Shown: one piece after another, positions 1 to 8,216 of the stretch
How the letters are laid out: every line of letters starts with the position of its first letter
Position numbering within the stretch: the first letter of the stretch is position 1
From: Enhygromyxa salina
GTDB taxonomy: Bacteria; Myxococcota_A; Polyangia; Nannocystales; Nannocystaceae
NCBI RefSeq assembly: GCF_002994635.1
Contig: NZ_PVNL01000139.1
Coordinates: 1-18,054 of the forward strand
Direction of reading: 5' to 3'
Length of the DNA: 18,054 nucleotides
The notes under the pieces: model-generated
What the model was told of the DNA's origin: nothing
The model's database searches: none
The model's input: the letters and a program-made list of their open reading frames with translations, nothing else
Position numbers and translations under genes: made by a program

Positions 1-436
1 CCCCAGCATCCACCGCCCCCCGCCAAGGTTGTTCGAGCTGCCCGACCAACAAGATCAACCCAACGATCCCCACCAACAACACCCAAGACCCAATCAACCG
101 CCGCCGCGAAGCATGGATCAACCCCATCGCCATCACCGGCGCCACCACCACCATCCACCCTCCCCGCCGCGCCAACGCAAACGCCCGCACCACCACCCGC
201 GGCGAAAAGCTGCGCTGAAACCCCCGGTACCCCTCGCTGTACGCGAACAAGCCGATCAACCCAACGTAGGCAAGCGCCCCACCAAGCTCGAGCGACCCAT
301 CGAGCACCGGCTCGAGCGCCCGCGGCAGCAACCGCACGATCGCCTGCAGCAATAGCGCGACGATCCCCAGGACCGCCCACCACACGATCGCCAGGCCGCC
401 GCGCGTGGTCGGTGGGGAGCTCATGCGCCGGACCAT
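1..436 (-). CDS. Polytopic membrane protein of unknown function. Only the N-terminal ~145 aa are in the window; the 3' end runs off the window start.
   Basis: The reverse-strand frame is open from the ATG at complement 434-436 (with an in-frame stop just upstream at 443-445) to position 1. Its translation is MVRRMSSPPTTRGGLAIVWWAVLGIVALLLQAIVRLLPRALEPVLDGSLELGGALAYVGLIGLFAYSEG...GSWVLLVGIVGLILLVGQ. It shows at least three hydrophobic helix-length segments and strong GC3 codon bias. The six-frame track does not list it because the window contains no stop for it. The + strand ORF 29..355 on the same DNA is a His/Pro/Arg low-complexity artefact. Confidence 0.5.
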   Translation of the reverse strand, partial: MVRRMSSPPTTRGGLAIVWWAVLGIVALLLQAIVRLLPRALEPVLDGSLELGGALAYVGLIGLFAYSEGYRGFQRSFSPRVVVRAFALARRGGWMVVVAPVMAMGLIHASRRRLIGSWVLLVGIVGLILLVGQLEQPWRGAVDAG

Positions 437-548
437 ACGCGCTCACGCGGCAGGCGGGAATCGCTCGCGCGCAGCCTGGTCTGGGCCCCCCGGTTGGGTC
501 GGCGGAATCCTGTGCGAAACTCCGCAGGGACCGCACCCACGAGTCACC

Positions 549-2537
549 ATGCGCAAGTTCAGCCTCGCCCTCGCCGCCTCCTGTCTGCTCTGCCTGCCCG
601 CCTGTGACAGCTCGCCCAACGACAAGGACCGCGCGTCCAAGGACGACAAGGACGACAAGGACGACAAGGACCGCGCGTCCAAGGACGAGGACAGCGACAA
701 AGACGACGACAGCAACCCGCTCGCGGGCCTCGCCAACAACCCCTTGGCGGCGATGTTCACCAAGAAGCTCGACGAGCCGGGCCCCTACGATCCACCCAAG
801 CAGTCGCCCAACTACGCCGCCGATCAACCGCACCTGCGCGTGCTGAACCTGTCCGGCAGCGTCGGCGAGGTCGAGTCCTTCGATCCGCTGGCGTTCGCGG
901 GCGGCGGCGGCGGCAGCCTGCGGACCCGGGCGCTGCTCGACAAGCTCGGCGAGCTGGCCGCCGAGCCGCAGCTCGAGGGCCTGGTCTTGCGAGTGGGGGA
1001 TCTGAGCCTGGACATGGCCCGCGGCGTCGAGCTGCGCGCGGCGCTGACCGAGTTCAAGGCAGAGGGCGCCCGCAAGCTCCACTGTCACGCCGAGTCGCTG
1101 AACAACACCAGCTACTTCCTGCTCTCGGTCTGCGACGAGCTGGCCATGGTCCCCGTCGGCACGCTGATGCTGCCCGGACCCGCGGCCACGCCCATCCACC
1201 TCAAGGGCCTGCTCGACAAGCTCGAGGTCCAAGCCGACTTCCTGCACGTCGGCGCGTTCAAGGGCGCGGCCGAGCCCCTGACCCGCGACGCGCCCTCGCC
1301 CGAGATGCTCGAGACCCTCGGCGCGCTGGTGGATCAGGCCTACGCGACCATGGTCAGCGGCATCGCGCAGGGTCGGGGCAAGCCCGAAGCCGAGGTCACC
1401 GGGTGGATCGACCAGAGCTTGTTCACGTCCGAAGCCGCGGCCGAGCGGGGCCTGATCGACAGCGTCGAAGCGTGGGAGCCGTTCTTGACCCGGGTCACGG
1501 GCGAGCGCGGGTGGAAGAACGTCACGCTGACGGACAAGCCGTGGTCCGACCCCCTCGCGCTGCAGCGCTTCTTGGGCATGGCGGGGCCCAAGCGCCCGAG
1601 CGAGCCCCACGTCGCGCTGGTCTACGCGGTCGGCAACATCATCGACGGCAAGGGCGGCGGCGCGATCGGAGCCACGACCGAGATCGCCTCGGGTCAGCTG
1701 GTCCCCGTGCTCGACCGCCTCGCCGCCGACGACAAGGTCGCGGCCGTGGTCCTGCGCATCGACTCTGGCGGCGGGTCGGCCCAGGCCTCGGAGCAGATCT
1801 GGCACGCGGTCGAACGGCTCAAGGCCACCAAGCCCGTGGTCGTGTCGATGGCCGGGGTCGCGGCTTCGGGCGGCTACTACATCGCCGCGGGCGCCGACCA
1901 GATCTTCGCCGACACCGACACCGTGACCGGGTCGATCGGCGTCGTCGGCGGCAAGCTGGTGCTCGGCAAGGCGCTCGAGAGCTTCGGCATCAAGAGCTTC
2001 GCGGTGACCAAGGGCGAGCACGCGCTGCTGTGGTCGCCGATGCAGGCGTGGACCCCGGACGAGCGCGAGATCGTCTACGCCATGATGGAGCAGACCTACG
2101 AGGTGTTCGTCCAGCGCGTCGCCGCCGGTCGCAACATGGACCGCGACGCCGTCCACGAGATCGCCCAGGGTCGGGTCTGGACCGGCGTCGCCGCCAAAGA
2201 GCGCGGGCTCGTCGACGAGCTCGGCGGGCTCGAGCAGGCGCTGGCGGCCGCGGCCAAGCTCGGCAAGGTCGAGCCCGACGTCGGTCTCGAGGTCTACCCG
2301 GGCGAGCCCACGATCAAGGACATCCTCGGCAGCTTCGAGCAGCTCGTGGCCGTTCAAGCTGGGGCCCGCGCCGACTCGCTGCCGATCGGGATCGGGATGG
2401 TCATCGACGAGCTCGCGGCCAGCGTCGGGCCCGAGGGGCGACCGTGGATCGAGGCCGTCCGCGCGTCACTGCGGACCACCGTCGCGCTGCAAGGCAGCAC
2501 GGTGTGGGCGGTCGAGTGGACCCAGAGCGTTCGCTAG
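549..2537 (+). CDS. sppA: Signal peptide peptidase SppA (protease IV, peptidase S49), 67K type with two tandem S49 domains. The N-terminus has a lipoprotein-like signal.
   Basis: Lies within the tracked ORF 405..2537. The preferred start is the ATG at 549, giving MRKFSLALAASCLLCLPAC (signal peptide with Cys). Two S49/ClpP-like halves are present. The second half carries the typical active-site context VVVSMAGVAASGGYYIAAGADQIFADTDTVTGSIGVVGG and GGSAQASEQIWHAVERL. A low-complexity acidic linker DKDRASKDDKDDKDDKDRASKDEDSDKDDD follows the signal. Confidence 0.85.
   Translation: MRKFSLALAASCLLCLPACDSSPNDKDRASKDDKDDKDDKDRASKDEDSDKDDDSNPLAGLANNPLAAMFTKKLDEPGPYDPPKQSPNYAADQPHLRVLNLSGSVGEVESFDPLAFAGGGGGSLRTRALLDKLGELAAEPQLEGLVLRVGDLSLDMARGVELRAALTEFKAEGARKLHCHAESLNNTSYFLLSVCDELAMVPVGTLMLPGPAATPIHLKGLLDKLEVQADFLHVGAFKGAAEPLTRDAPSPEMLETLGALVDQAYATMVSGIAQGRGKPEAEVTGWIDQSLFTSEAAAERGLIDSVEAWEPFLTRVTGERGWKNVTLTDKPWSDPLALQRFLGMAGPKRPSEPHVALVYAVGNIIDGKGGGAIGATTEIASGQLVPVLDRLAADDKVAAVVLRIDSGGGSAQASEQIWHAVERLKATKPVVVSMAGVAASGGYYIAAGADQIFADTDTVTGSIGVVGGKLVLGKALESFGIKSFAVTKGEHALLWSPMQAWTPDEREIVYAMMEQTYEVFVQRVAAGRNMDRDAVHEIAQGRVWTGVAAKERGLVDELGGLEQALAAAAKLGKVEPDVGLEVYPGEPTIKDILGSFEQLVAVQAGARADSLPIGIGMVIDELAASVGPEGRPWIEAVRASLRTTVALQGSTVWAVEWTQSVR
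621..700 (+). repeat. Short coding direct repeats inside sppA. A 26-bp perfect direct repeat sits at 621-646 and 663-688, and a 9-bp GACGACAAG triplet lies between the copies. It encodes a (DKDRASKD/DDK)n acidic linker.
   Basis: Direct reading of the sequence: gacaaggaccgcgcgtccaaggacga occurs twice. Confidence 0.8.
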
Positions 2538-4249
2538 AGCACCGACTTGGGGCGGCGGTTGAACCACGCGATCCCGAAGATCCCCAGCAACCCAAACAGG
2601 CCCTGCAGACCCAGGCGCTCGATCGAGCAGCCTGGGCCAGGGCCGGTCAGCTGCGAGTCGTTCCAGGCGCTGAGCGTGGCGTCGATCGTCGCGGCGTTGT
2701 CGAGCTCGACCTGCGGCGGGCCCATCATCGGGACTCGCTCGATCCGCAGCGCGGCCGGGTTGTCGTCGAGCTCGGGCATCGTGCCTCCGTTGGTCAGCGC
2801 GACCGTGCGTCCGTCCGGCAGCTCGAAGTACGAGGGCCCGCCGTCGCAGTCGTTGACCCGCGTCGCGCTGATGTTGTTGTCGACGGTCGGCACCCCGCCA
2901 GCCGGGTGAAACAGCGGATCCTCGATCATCTCGTGAGGCGAGATCAGCGTGAACAGCCGGGTCAGCTGGGTCGCGTCGTCGAGCATGTCGAGGGCGTGCT
3001 GACCGGGGCCGACGATCCGGGTCTGAAAGTCCGCCGCGAAGCCCGGCTGCGCGTCCCAGGCGGTCAGGTCGATCTGGTCCTGGAAGCACTCGAGGCAGCT
3101 CCAGAACTCGTGGGCGTTCACGCCACTCGGGGCCGGCAGGTAGATGTTCAACAGCACCTCCAGCTGCGGGTGCGCGAACGTGCACTCGCCGTCCGTGCAG
3201 CTCATGAGGCCGCGAGACACGAGCAGATCGATGAAGGTCAGCAGCTCGGCGTTCTCGAACGCCGCCGGGTCCCACTGCGGATCGAACACCCCGGAGGTCG
3301 AGACAATCGCGTCGGTGCCCGCGTACTCGGTGATGAACGCACGACCGCCCGCCTCGTCGATCGCGAGGCTGACGACTTCGTTGTAGGTGGTGCTCGGCCC
3401 GTTGACCCAGTCGAAGCGCGAGTGGTTGATCTCCACGTGCGGCCAGTTCTGCGGGGCGGCCCGCTCGTTGCCCAGGAAGAACGCCCGGATCGCCATGTCG
3501 TCGACCGCCGCGATCCGGGTCAGCCGGATCGGAATGCAAGGCTCGACGCCCGGATAGCGGATCCCGAGCGGGTGGATCTCGTCGACCCCGGCCCCGCTGG
3601 CGAGCTTGACCGCCACGAACACGAAGCCCTCTTGCAGGTACTCCTCGAGGATCGGCGGCGCGTCGGGGTCTTGCGCGTAGCCGGCCTGATCGAGCCAGTC
3701 GGTGATCTCGGCGATGTTGTCGCCGGTCAGCACCACGTACTCGAACGCGCCCGCGAACCCGCGATCGAGGATCTCGGGCCCGTCGGTGTCCCCACCTGTG
3801 AGACCGGTCCCGCCACCGTCGTCGGCGAAGTCGATCTCGCTCGACTCGGCCGTGGCGCAGGCGAGCCCGGTCGACCCCCCACAGTCCCCGATCGACGTGG
3901 TGTTGATCGTGAAGGTCGGGACCGTCGCCTGCAGCACGTTGTCGAACAGCGCCTGCGAGCCGACCAACACCTCCGGGACCTCGAGCACCGGTATGATCCA
4001 CGCGAACCGCTCGGCGTCGCCCTCGTACTGAATCTGGATGTGCGCCTCCGTGTAGGGCTCGCTGCCGGTCTCGTCGATCCAAAAGATGATGCTCTCGCCG
4101 GTCTGGTCGACCGGCATCACCTGCGGACCCGCGTCGCAAAAGGTCCCGCCGCAGGCCTCGGCGGTGGTTGGCGCGGCGACCACCAAAGGAACGACCACAG
4201 CCGCCAACAGGGCGGGCGCGAGCAGCTTGATTGAGTTGCGAATCAGCAT
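2534..4249 (-). CDS. Secreted Cys-rich protein of unknown function (571 aa) with a MYXO-CTERM-like C-terminal sorting tail. Paralogue 1 of a tandem pair.
   Basis: Tracked ORF. The N-terminal signal peptide is MLIRNSIKLLAPALLAAVVVPLVVAAPTTAEA followed by CGGTFCDAGPQ. The protein has 18 Cys residues. The C-terminus GPGPGCSIERLGLQGLFGLLGIFGIAWFNRRPKSVL has a Gly/Cys motif, then a hydrophobic helix, then a basic cluster, which is the MYXO-CTERM pattern. It is about 75-80% identical to the downstream ORF 4289..6025. The antisense ORFs 1403..4234 and 2466..4139 are R/G/D-rich artefacts. Confidence 0.8.
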   Translation of the reverse strand: MLIRNSIKLLAPALLAAVVVPLVVAAPTTAEACGGTFCDAGPQVMPVDQTGESIIFWIDETGSEPYTEAHIQIQYEGDAERFAWIIPVLEVPEVLVGSQALFDNVLQATVPTFTINTTSIGDCGGSTGLACATAESSEIDFADDGGGTGLTGGDTDGPEILDRGFAGAFEYVVLTGDNIAEITDWLDQAGYAQDPDAPPILEEYLQEGFVFVAVKLASGAGVDEIHPLGIRYPGVEPCIPIRLTRIAAVDDMAIRAFFLGNERAAPQNWPHVEINHSRFDWVNGPSTTYNEVVSLAIDEAGGRAFITEYAGTDAIVSTSGVFDPQWDPAAFENAELLTFIDLLVSRGLMSCTDGECTFAHPQLEVLLNIYLPAPSGVNAHEFWSCLECFQDQIDLTAWDAQPGFAADFQTRIVGPGQHALDMLDDATQLTRLFTLISPHEMIEDPLFHPAGGVPTVDNNISATRVNDCDGGPSYFELPDGRTVALTNGGTMPELDDNPAALRIERVPMMGPPQVELDNAATIDATLSAWNDSQLTGPGPGCSIERLGLQGLFGLLGIFGIAWFNRRPKSVL

Positions 4250-4288
4250 GTCGGTGCTTCTTTCTGGTGACTATCTCTAACTCTAGCT

Positions 4289-6025
4289 CTAGCGCCTACG
4301 CCCGCGGCTGAACCAGGCGATCCCAAACATCCCGAACATGGCCAGCATCCCCTCGAGGCCGACGCGACCGATCGAGCAGCCCGGCTCGGGGCCCGAGAGC
4401 TGGTCGTCGTTCCAGGCCTTCAGCAGGCCGTCGATGTCGTCGCCGTTGTCGGTCTCGACCTGCGGCGGGCCCATCATCGGGACCTGCTCGATCCGCAGCG
4501 CGGCCGGGTTGCCGTCGAGCTCAGGCATCGACCCGCCACTGTCCAGCGCGATCGTGCGACCGTCCGGCAGCTCGATGTAGGACGGCCCGCCATCGCAGTC
4601 GTTGACCCGCGTCGCGCCGATGTTGTTGTCGACGGTCGGCAGCCCGCTGGTGGTGTGAAACAGCGGGTCTTCGATCATCTCGTGGGGCGACAGCAGCGTG
4701 AACAGCCGGGTCAGCTGGGTCGCGTTGTCGAGCATCTCGAGCGCGTGCTGGGCAGGCCCGTAGATCCGCGCCTCGAAGTCCGCGGCGAAGCCCGGCTGCG
4801 TGCCCCACGCGGTCTCATCGATCAGCCCCTCGTAGCAGGACACGCAGCTCCAATAGGTGTGGGCGGCGACGCCGTCGGGGGCCGGCAGGTAGATGTTCAG
4901 CAGCGCCTCGACCTGCGGGTGCCTGAAGATGCACTCGAGCCCGTCGCAGGTCATCAGGACCTGCGACGTGAGCTCGTCGACCACGTCGACCGCGGCGATC
5001 CCTTCGAGCGCCGACAGGCTCCAGCTCGACTCGAACACGCCGGAGGTCGAGATGATCGCGTCGGTGCCCGAGTACTCGGTGACAAACCCCCGACCACCCG
5101 CCTCGTCGATCGCGAGGCTGACGATCTCGTTGTAGTTGGTGCTCGGCCCGTTGACCCAGTCGTAGCGCGAGTGGTTGATCTCCACGTGCGGCCAGTTCTG
5201 CGGGGCGGCCCGCTCGTCGCCCAGGAAGAACGCCCGGATCGCCATGTCGTCGACCGCCGCGATCCGGGTCAGCCGGATCGGGATGCAGGGCTCGACGCCC
5301 GGATAGCGGACCGCGAGCGGATGGATCTCGTCGACCCCGGCCCCGCTGGCGAGCTTGACCGCCACGAACACGAAGCCCTCTTCGAGGTACTCCTCGAGGA
5401 TCGGCGGCGCGTCGGGGTCTTGCGCGTAGCCGGCCTGATCGAGCCAGTCGGTGATCTCGGCGATGTTGTCGCCGGTCAGCGTCACGTACTCGAACGCGCC
5501 CGCGAACCCACGATCGAGGATCTCGGGCCCGTCGGTGTCCCCGCCGTCGCCCCCGCTGCTGAAGGCCTCGTTGCGTCCATCACCACCAGCCGAGAAATCT
5601 GCGGCTGCGCAGCCGATCCCGAACGACCCGCCGCAATCCCCGATCGAGGTGCTGTTGATCGTGAAGGTCGGGACCGTGGCCTGCAGCATGTTGTTGAACA
5701 GCGCCTGCGAGCCGACCAACACCTCGGGGACCTCGAGCACCGGGATGATCCACGCGAACCGCTCGGCGTCGCCCTCGTATTGGATCTGGATGTGCGCCTC
5801 GGTGTGTGGTTGGCCGCCGCTCTCGTCGATCCAAAAGATGATGCTCTCGCCGGTCTGATCGACCGGCATGACCTGCGGGCCGGCGTCGCAGAAGGTCCCG
5901 CCGCAGGCGTCGGCGACCTGCGGAGACCAGGCCGCGAGCGCGAGCATGCCCGGCAGCGCCAAGGTGAACAGACGAGAGATCAAGGTCGAAGGTGCGTAGG
6001 TCATGACAGCTTTGGTAGCTTGCAT
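4289..6025 (-). CDS. Secreted Cys-rich protein of unknown function with a MYXO-CTERM-like tail. Paralogue 2 of the tandem pair. The start is placed at the ATG at complement 6023-6025; the ATG at 6002-6004 is also plausible.
   Basis: The tracked ORF 4289..6295 starts upstream with a non-protein-like stretch (MATTSISTVG...). A signal peptide appears only from MQATKAVMTYAPSTLISRLFTLALPGMLALAAWSPQVADA followed by CGGTFCDAGPQ. The C-terminus is GCSIGRVGLEGMLAMFGMFGIAWFSRGRRR (MYXO-CTERM-like). There is long collinear identity with paralogue 1. Confidence 0.75.
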   Translation of the reverse strand: MQATKAVMTYAPSTLISRLFTLALPGMLALAAWSPQVADACGGTFCDAGPQVMPVDQTGESIIFWIDESGGQPHTEAHIQIQYEGDAERFAWIIPVLEVPEVLVGSQALFNNMLQATVPTFTINSTSIGDCGGSFGIGCAAADFSAGGDGRNEAFSSGGDGGDTDGPEILDRGFAGAFEYVTLTGDNIAEITDWLDQAGYAQDPDAPPILEEYLEEGFVFVAVKLASGAGVDEIHPLAVRYPGVEPCIPIRLTRIAAVDDMAIRAFFLGDERAAPQNWPHVEINHSRYDWVNGPSTNYNEIVSLAIDEAGGRGFVTEYSGTDAIISTSGVFESSWSLSALEGIAAVDVVDELTSQVLMTCDGLECIFRHPQVEALLNIYLPAPDGVAAHTYWSCVSCYEGLIDETAWGTQPGFAADFEARIYGPAQHALEMLDNATQLTRLFTLLSPHEMIEDPLFHTTSGLPTVDNNIGATRVNDCDGGPSYIELPDGRTIALDSGGSMPELDGNPAALRIEQVPMMGPPQVETDNGDDIDGLLKAWNDDQLSGPEPGCSIGRVGLEGMLAMFGMFGIAWFSRGRRR

Positions 6026-6110
6026 GCCACCGGCGCTCGCGCCAACGATCTTCAGCTGGAGCCGGATTCTTCGCAGTTTTCCGCAGCGCACCGCCACCAA
6101 GACGCGGGTG

Positions 6111-6950
6111 TCACACCAATTCGGGATACAGGTGGCGAGCCTCGAAGCCCTCCCGCAGGTCCTCGGCCCGCTCGTAGCGGGCGCCCAGGTCCACCACCAG
6201 GTAGCGCCGCTTGGACGGCGGCGCACCAAACAAGACGGGGCAGGCCTGGTTGCCGTGCTCGGTGTACCAACCGTCGAGATCGACGTCGTGGCCATGCACG
6301 ACCACGCGCAGGTCCAGCCCTGGCTGCGACAGCTGGCGCAGCAGCTTGTTGGTGGTCTCGCCGGCCTGACCGTAGCTGGTCAGCAAGGTCCGCAGCATCG
6401 ATCGCTGAGCCAGCTCGGCTTCGCCCGATGGCTCGAGCGCGCCGAGCTGATCGAGCGAAGGGATCTGCTCGTCGGGCGAGCCGTGGCACAGCAGCAGTCC
6501 GCACGGCGCCGCCACGGCCAGCAGCGCGCCACGAAACAGCGCGTGCATCCGGGCGATCGCGTCGGCCGACATCCGTCGCTCGAGCATCTCGACCTCATCA
6601 CGATAGAACTTGCTGGTGTGCGGTCCGCCGATGTGCCCGTGGTCATGATTGCCGAGCAGCAAGTGGAAGTTGGCGGGAAATCGCGCGCGCAGCTCGATCA
6701 TCGCCTCGACCAGCGCGGCGCTCTCGTCGGGGTAGCCAAACCGCAGCGCGTCACGCTGGCGGGCGACCGGGCTGGGCCCATGAACCAGGTCACCCAGCGA
6801 CGCCCAGTGAACCAGATCCGGGTGCTCGGCGGCCTCGCACAGCCTATCGAACACCGCGCGGAGCCGCCGAAAGTCCTCGTGGTTGCCGTGCAGATCCGTG
6901 GAGATCAGCAGCTGCCCACGCGCGGGCAAGATCCGAACACGGCCCGCCAT
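6111..6950 (-). CDS. Calcineurin-like metallophosphoesterase (PPP/ApaH-like phosphatase fold).
   Basis: The metallophosphatase motifs appear in order: D-x-H in STDLHGN, GD-x-x-D/H in LGDLVHGP, and GNH[DE] in LLGNHDHGH, with a later VVHGHD. The Shine-Dalgarno sequence GAGGGG lies 6 nt upstream of the ATG at complement 6948-6950. Confidence 0.75.
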   Translation of the reverse strand: MAGRVRILPARGQLLISTDLHGNHEDFRRLRAVFDRLCEAAEHPDLVHWASLGDLVHGPSPVARQRDALRFGYPDESAALVEAMIELRARFPANFHLLLGNHDHGHIGGPHTSKFYRDEVEMLERRMSADAIARMHALFRGALLAVAAPCGLLLCHGSPDEQIPSLDQLGALEPSGEAELAQRSMLRTLLTSYGQAGETTNKLLRQLSQPGLDLRVVVHGHDVDLDGWYTEHGNQACPVLFGAPPSKRRYLVVDLGARYERAEDLREGFEARHLYPELV

Positions 6951-6965
6951 GCAAACCCCTCGCGT

Positions 6966-8150
6966 TCAGGAGAACGCGCTCAGGCCCGTGAGCGCGCGGC
7001 CAATCGCGAGGGTGTGGATCTCGTGGGTGCCCTCGTAGGTGAACACCGTCTCGAGGTTGCACAGGTGCCGCATGATGTGGAACTCGCCCATGATCCCGTT
7101 GCCGCCGAGCATGGTCCGCGCGGTCTGGGCGGCCTCACGAGCCATGCGCACGTTGTCGCGCTTGAGGTAGCTGACCTGCGAGGGATCGAGCTGGCCCGCC
7201 TGCTTGAGCCGGCCAAAGTGATAGGCGAGCAGCAGCCCCTTGCCGATCTCGTTGTGCAGCTCGACGAGCTTTTGCTGGGTCAGCTGAAAGCCCGCGATCG
7301 GGCGCCCGAACTGGACGCGATCCAGGGTGTACTGGCGGGCCCGCTCGTACACGTCCATGGCCGCGCCCACGGCCCCCCAGCCGATCCCGTAGCGCGCCTG
7401 GGTCAGACAGCTCAGCGGCCCCTTGAGCCCGCGCACGCCCGGCAACATGTTGTCCTTGGGCACGCGGACCTCGTCGAGCACGATCTCGCCCGTGATCGAC
7501 GCCCGCAAGCTCAGCTTTCCGTGGGTCTCGGGCGTGCTCAGCCCAGCCATGCCGCGCTCGACCACGAACCCGCGGATCACCGGCGTGTCCGAGCCGTGAT
7601 CCAAGGTCTGGGCCCAGACCACGCACAGGTCCGCGATCGGGCTGTTGGTGATCCACATCTTTTGCCCGCTCAAGATGTAGTCGCCGCCCTCGCCGTCTTG
7701 CTTGGCGTGGGTGCGCATCGAGCCGGGGTCCGAGCCAGAGTTGGGCTCGGTCAGGCCGAAGCAGCCGATCAGCTCGCCAGCGGCCATGCGCGGCAACCAC
7801 CGCTGCTTTTGTTCCTCGGTGCCGTAGGCCGAGATCGGATACATCGCCAGCGCGGTCTGGACCGAGCAAAACGAGCGGATGCCCGAGTCCACGCGCTCGA
7901 GCTCGATCATGATCGTGCCGTACGCGACCGGGTTGAGGCCGGCGCAGCCGTAGCCCTCGATCGAGCAGCCCAGGAAGCCCATCTCGGCGAACTCGGGGAT
8001 CAGCTCCTTGGGGAAGGTGCCGGCCTCGTAGTGCTGCTCGATCACGGGCATCACCCGGGTCTGACAAAAGTCGCGGGCGGCCTTCCAGGTCAGCCGCTCG
8101 TCATCGTCGAGCAGGTGGTCGATGCTCAGCAAATAGGTGCGCGGGTCCAT
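6966..8150 (-). CDS. gcdH: Glutaryl-CoA dehydrogenase-like acyl-CoA dehydrogenase (394 aa).
   Basis: Full-length ACAD fold. The C-terminal motif TVFTYEGTHEIHTLAIGRALTG matches the glutaryl-CoA dehydrogenase catalytic-Glu region (TYEGTHDIHALILGRAITG in human GCDH). The length and the FAD/substrate-binding regions (GxTEPxxGSD, WITN) are also consistent. Confidence 0.8.
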   Translation of the reverse strand: MDPRTYLLSIDHLLDDDERLTWKAARDFCQTRVMPVIEQHYEAGTFPKELIPEFAEMGFLGCSIEGYGCAGLNPVAYGTIMIELERVDSGIRSFCSVQTALAMYPISAYGTEEQKQRWLPRMAAGELIGCFGLTEPNSGSDPGSMRTHAKQDGEGGDYILSGQKMWITNSPIADLCVVWAQTLDHGSDTPVIRGFVVERGMAGLSTPETHGKLSLRASITGEIVLDEVRVPKDNMLPGVRGLKGPLSCLTQARYGIGWGAVGAAMDVYERARQYTLDRVQFGRPIAGFQLTQQKLVELHNEIGKGLLLAYHFGRLKQAGQLDPSQVSYLKRDNVRMAREAAQTARTMLGGNGIMGEFHIMRHLCNLETVFTYEGTHEIHTLAIGRALTGLSAFS

Positions 8151-8216
8151 GCGGGCGATGAAATACCACGGCCCGGCCCGCGAGTTGCGACCCGCCGAAA
8201 TTCGGCTGCGGGCGAG

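Noticed and set aside
29-355. A 108-aa His/Pro/Arg/Gln-rich ORF on the + strand (and a Thr/Arg-repeat ORF at 412..846).
   Set aside because: Low-complexity translation with no start context. The opposite strand encodes a convincing multi-TM membrane protein in the same DNA, and 412..846 lies out of frame inside sppA.
1403-4234. A 943-aa + strand ORF, and similar long ORFs at 2466..4139 (-), 4655..6991 (+), 6003..8450 (+), 7135..8067 (-), 8559..9494 (+) and 13394..15202 (+).
   Set aside because: They are all antisense to, or out of frame with, genes whose products have recognisable domains, signal peptides and paralogue conservation. Their translations are Arg/Gly/Asp/Pro-rich low-complexity strings, as expected for stop-poor alternative frames in DNA of about 70% GC.
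6004-6025. Alternative start for paralogue 2 at the ATG at 6002-6004 (MTYAPSTLISRLF...).
   Set aside because: Not rejected outright. Both starts give a plausible signal peptide. 6025 is preferred only because it adds a Lys to the n-region, and neither has a strong Shine-Dalgarno sequence.
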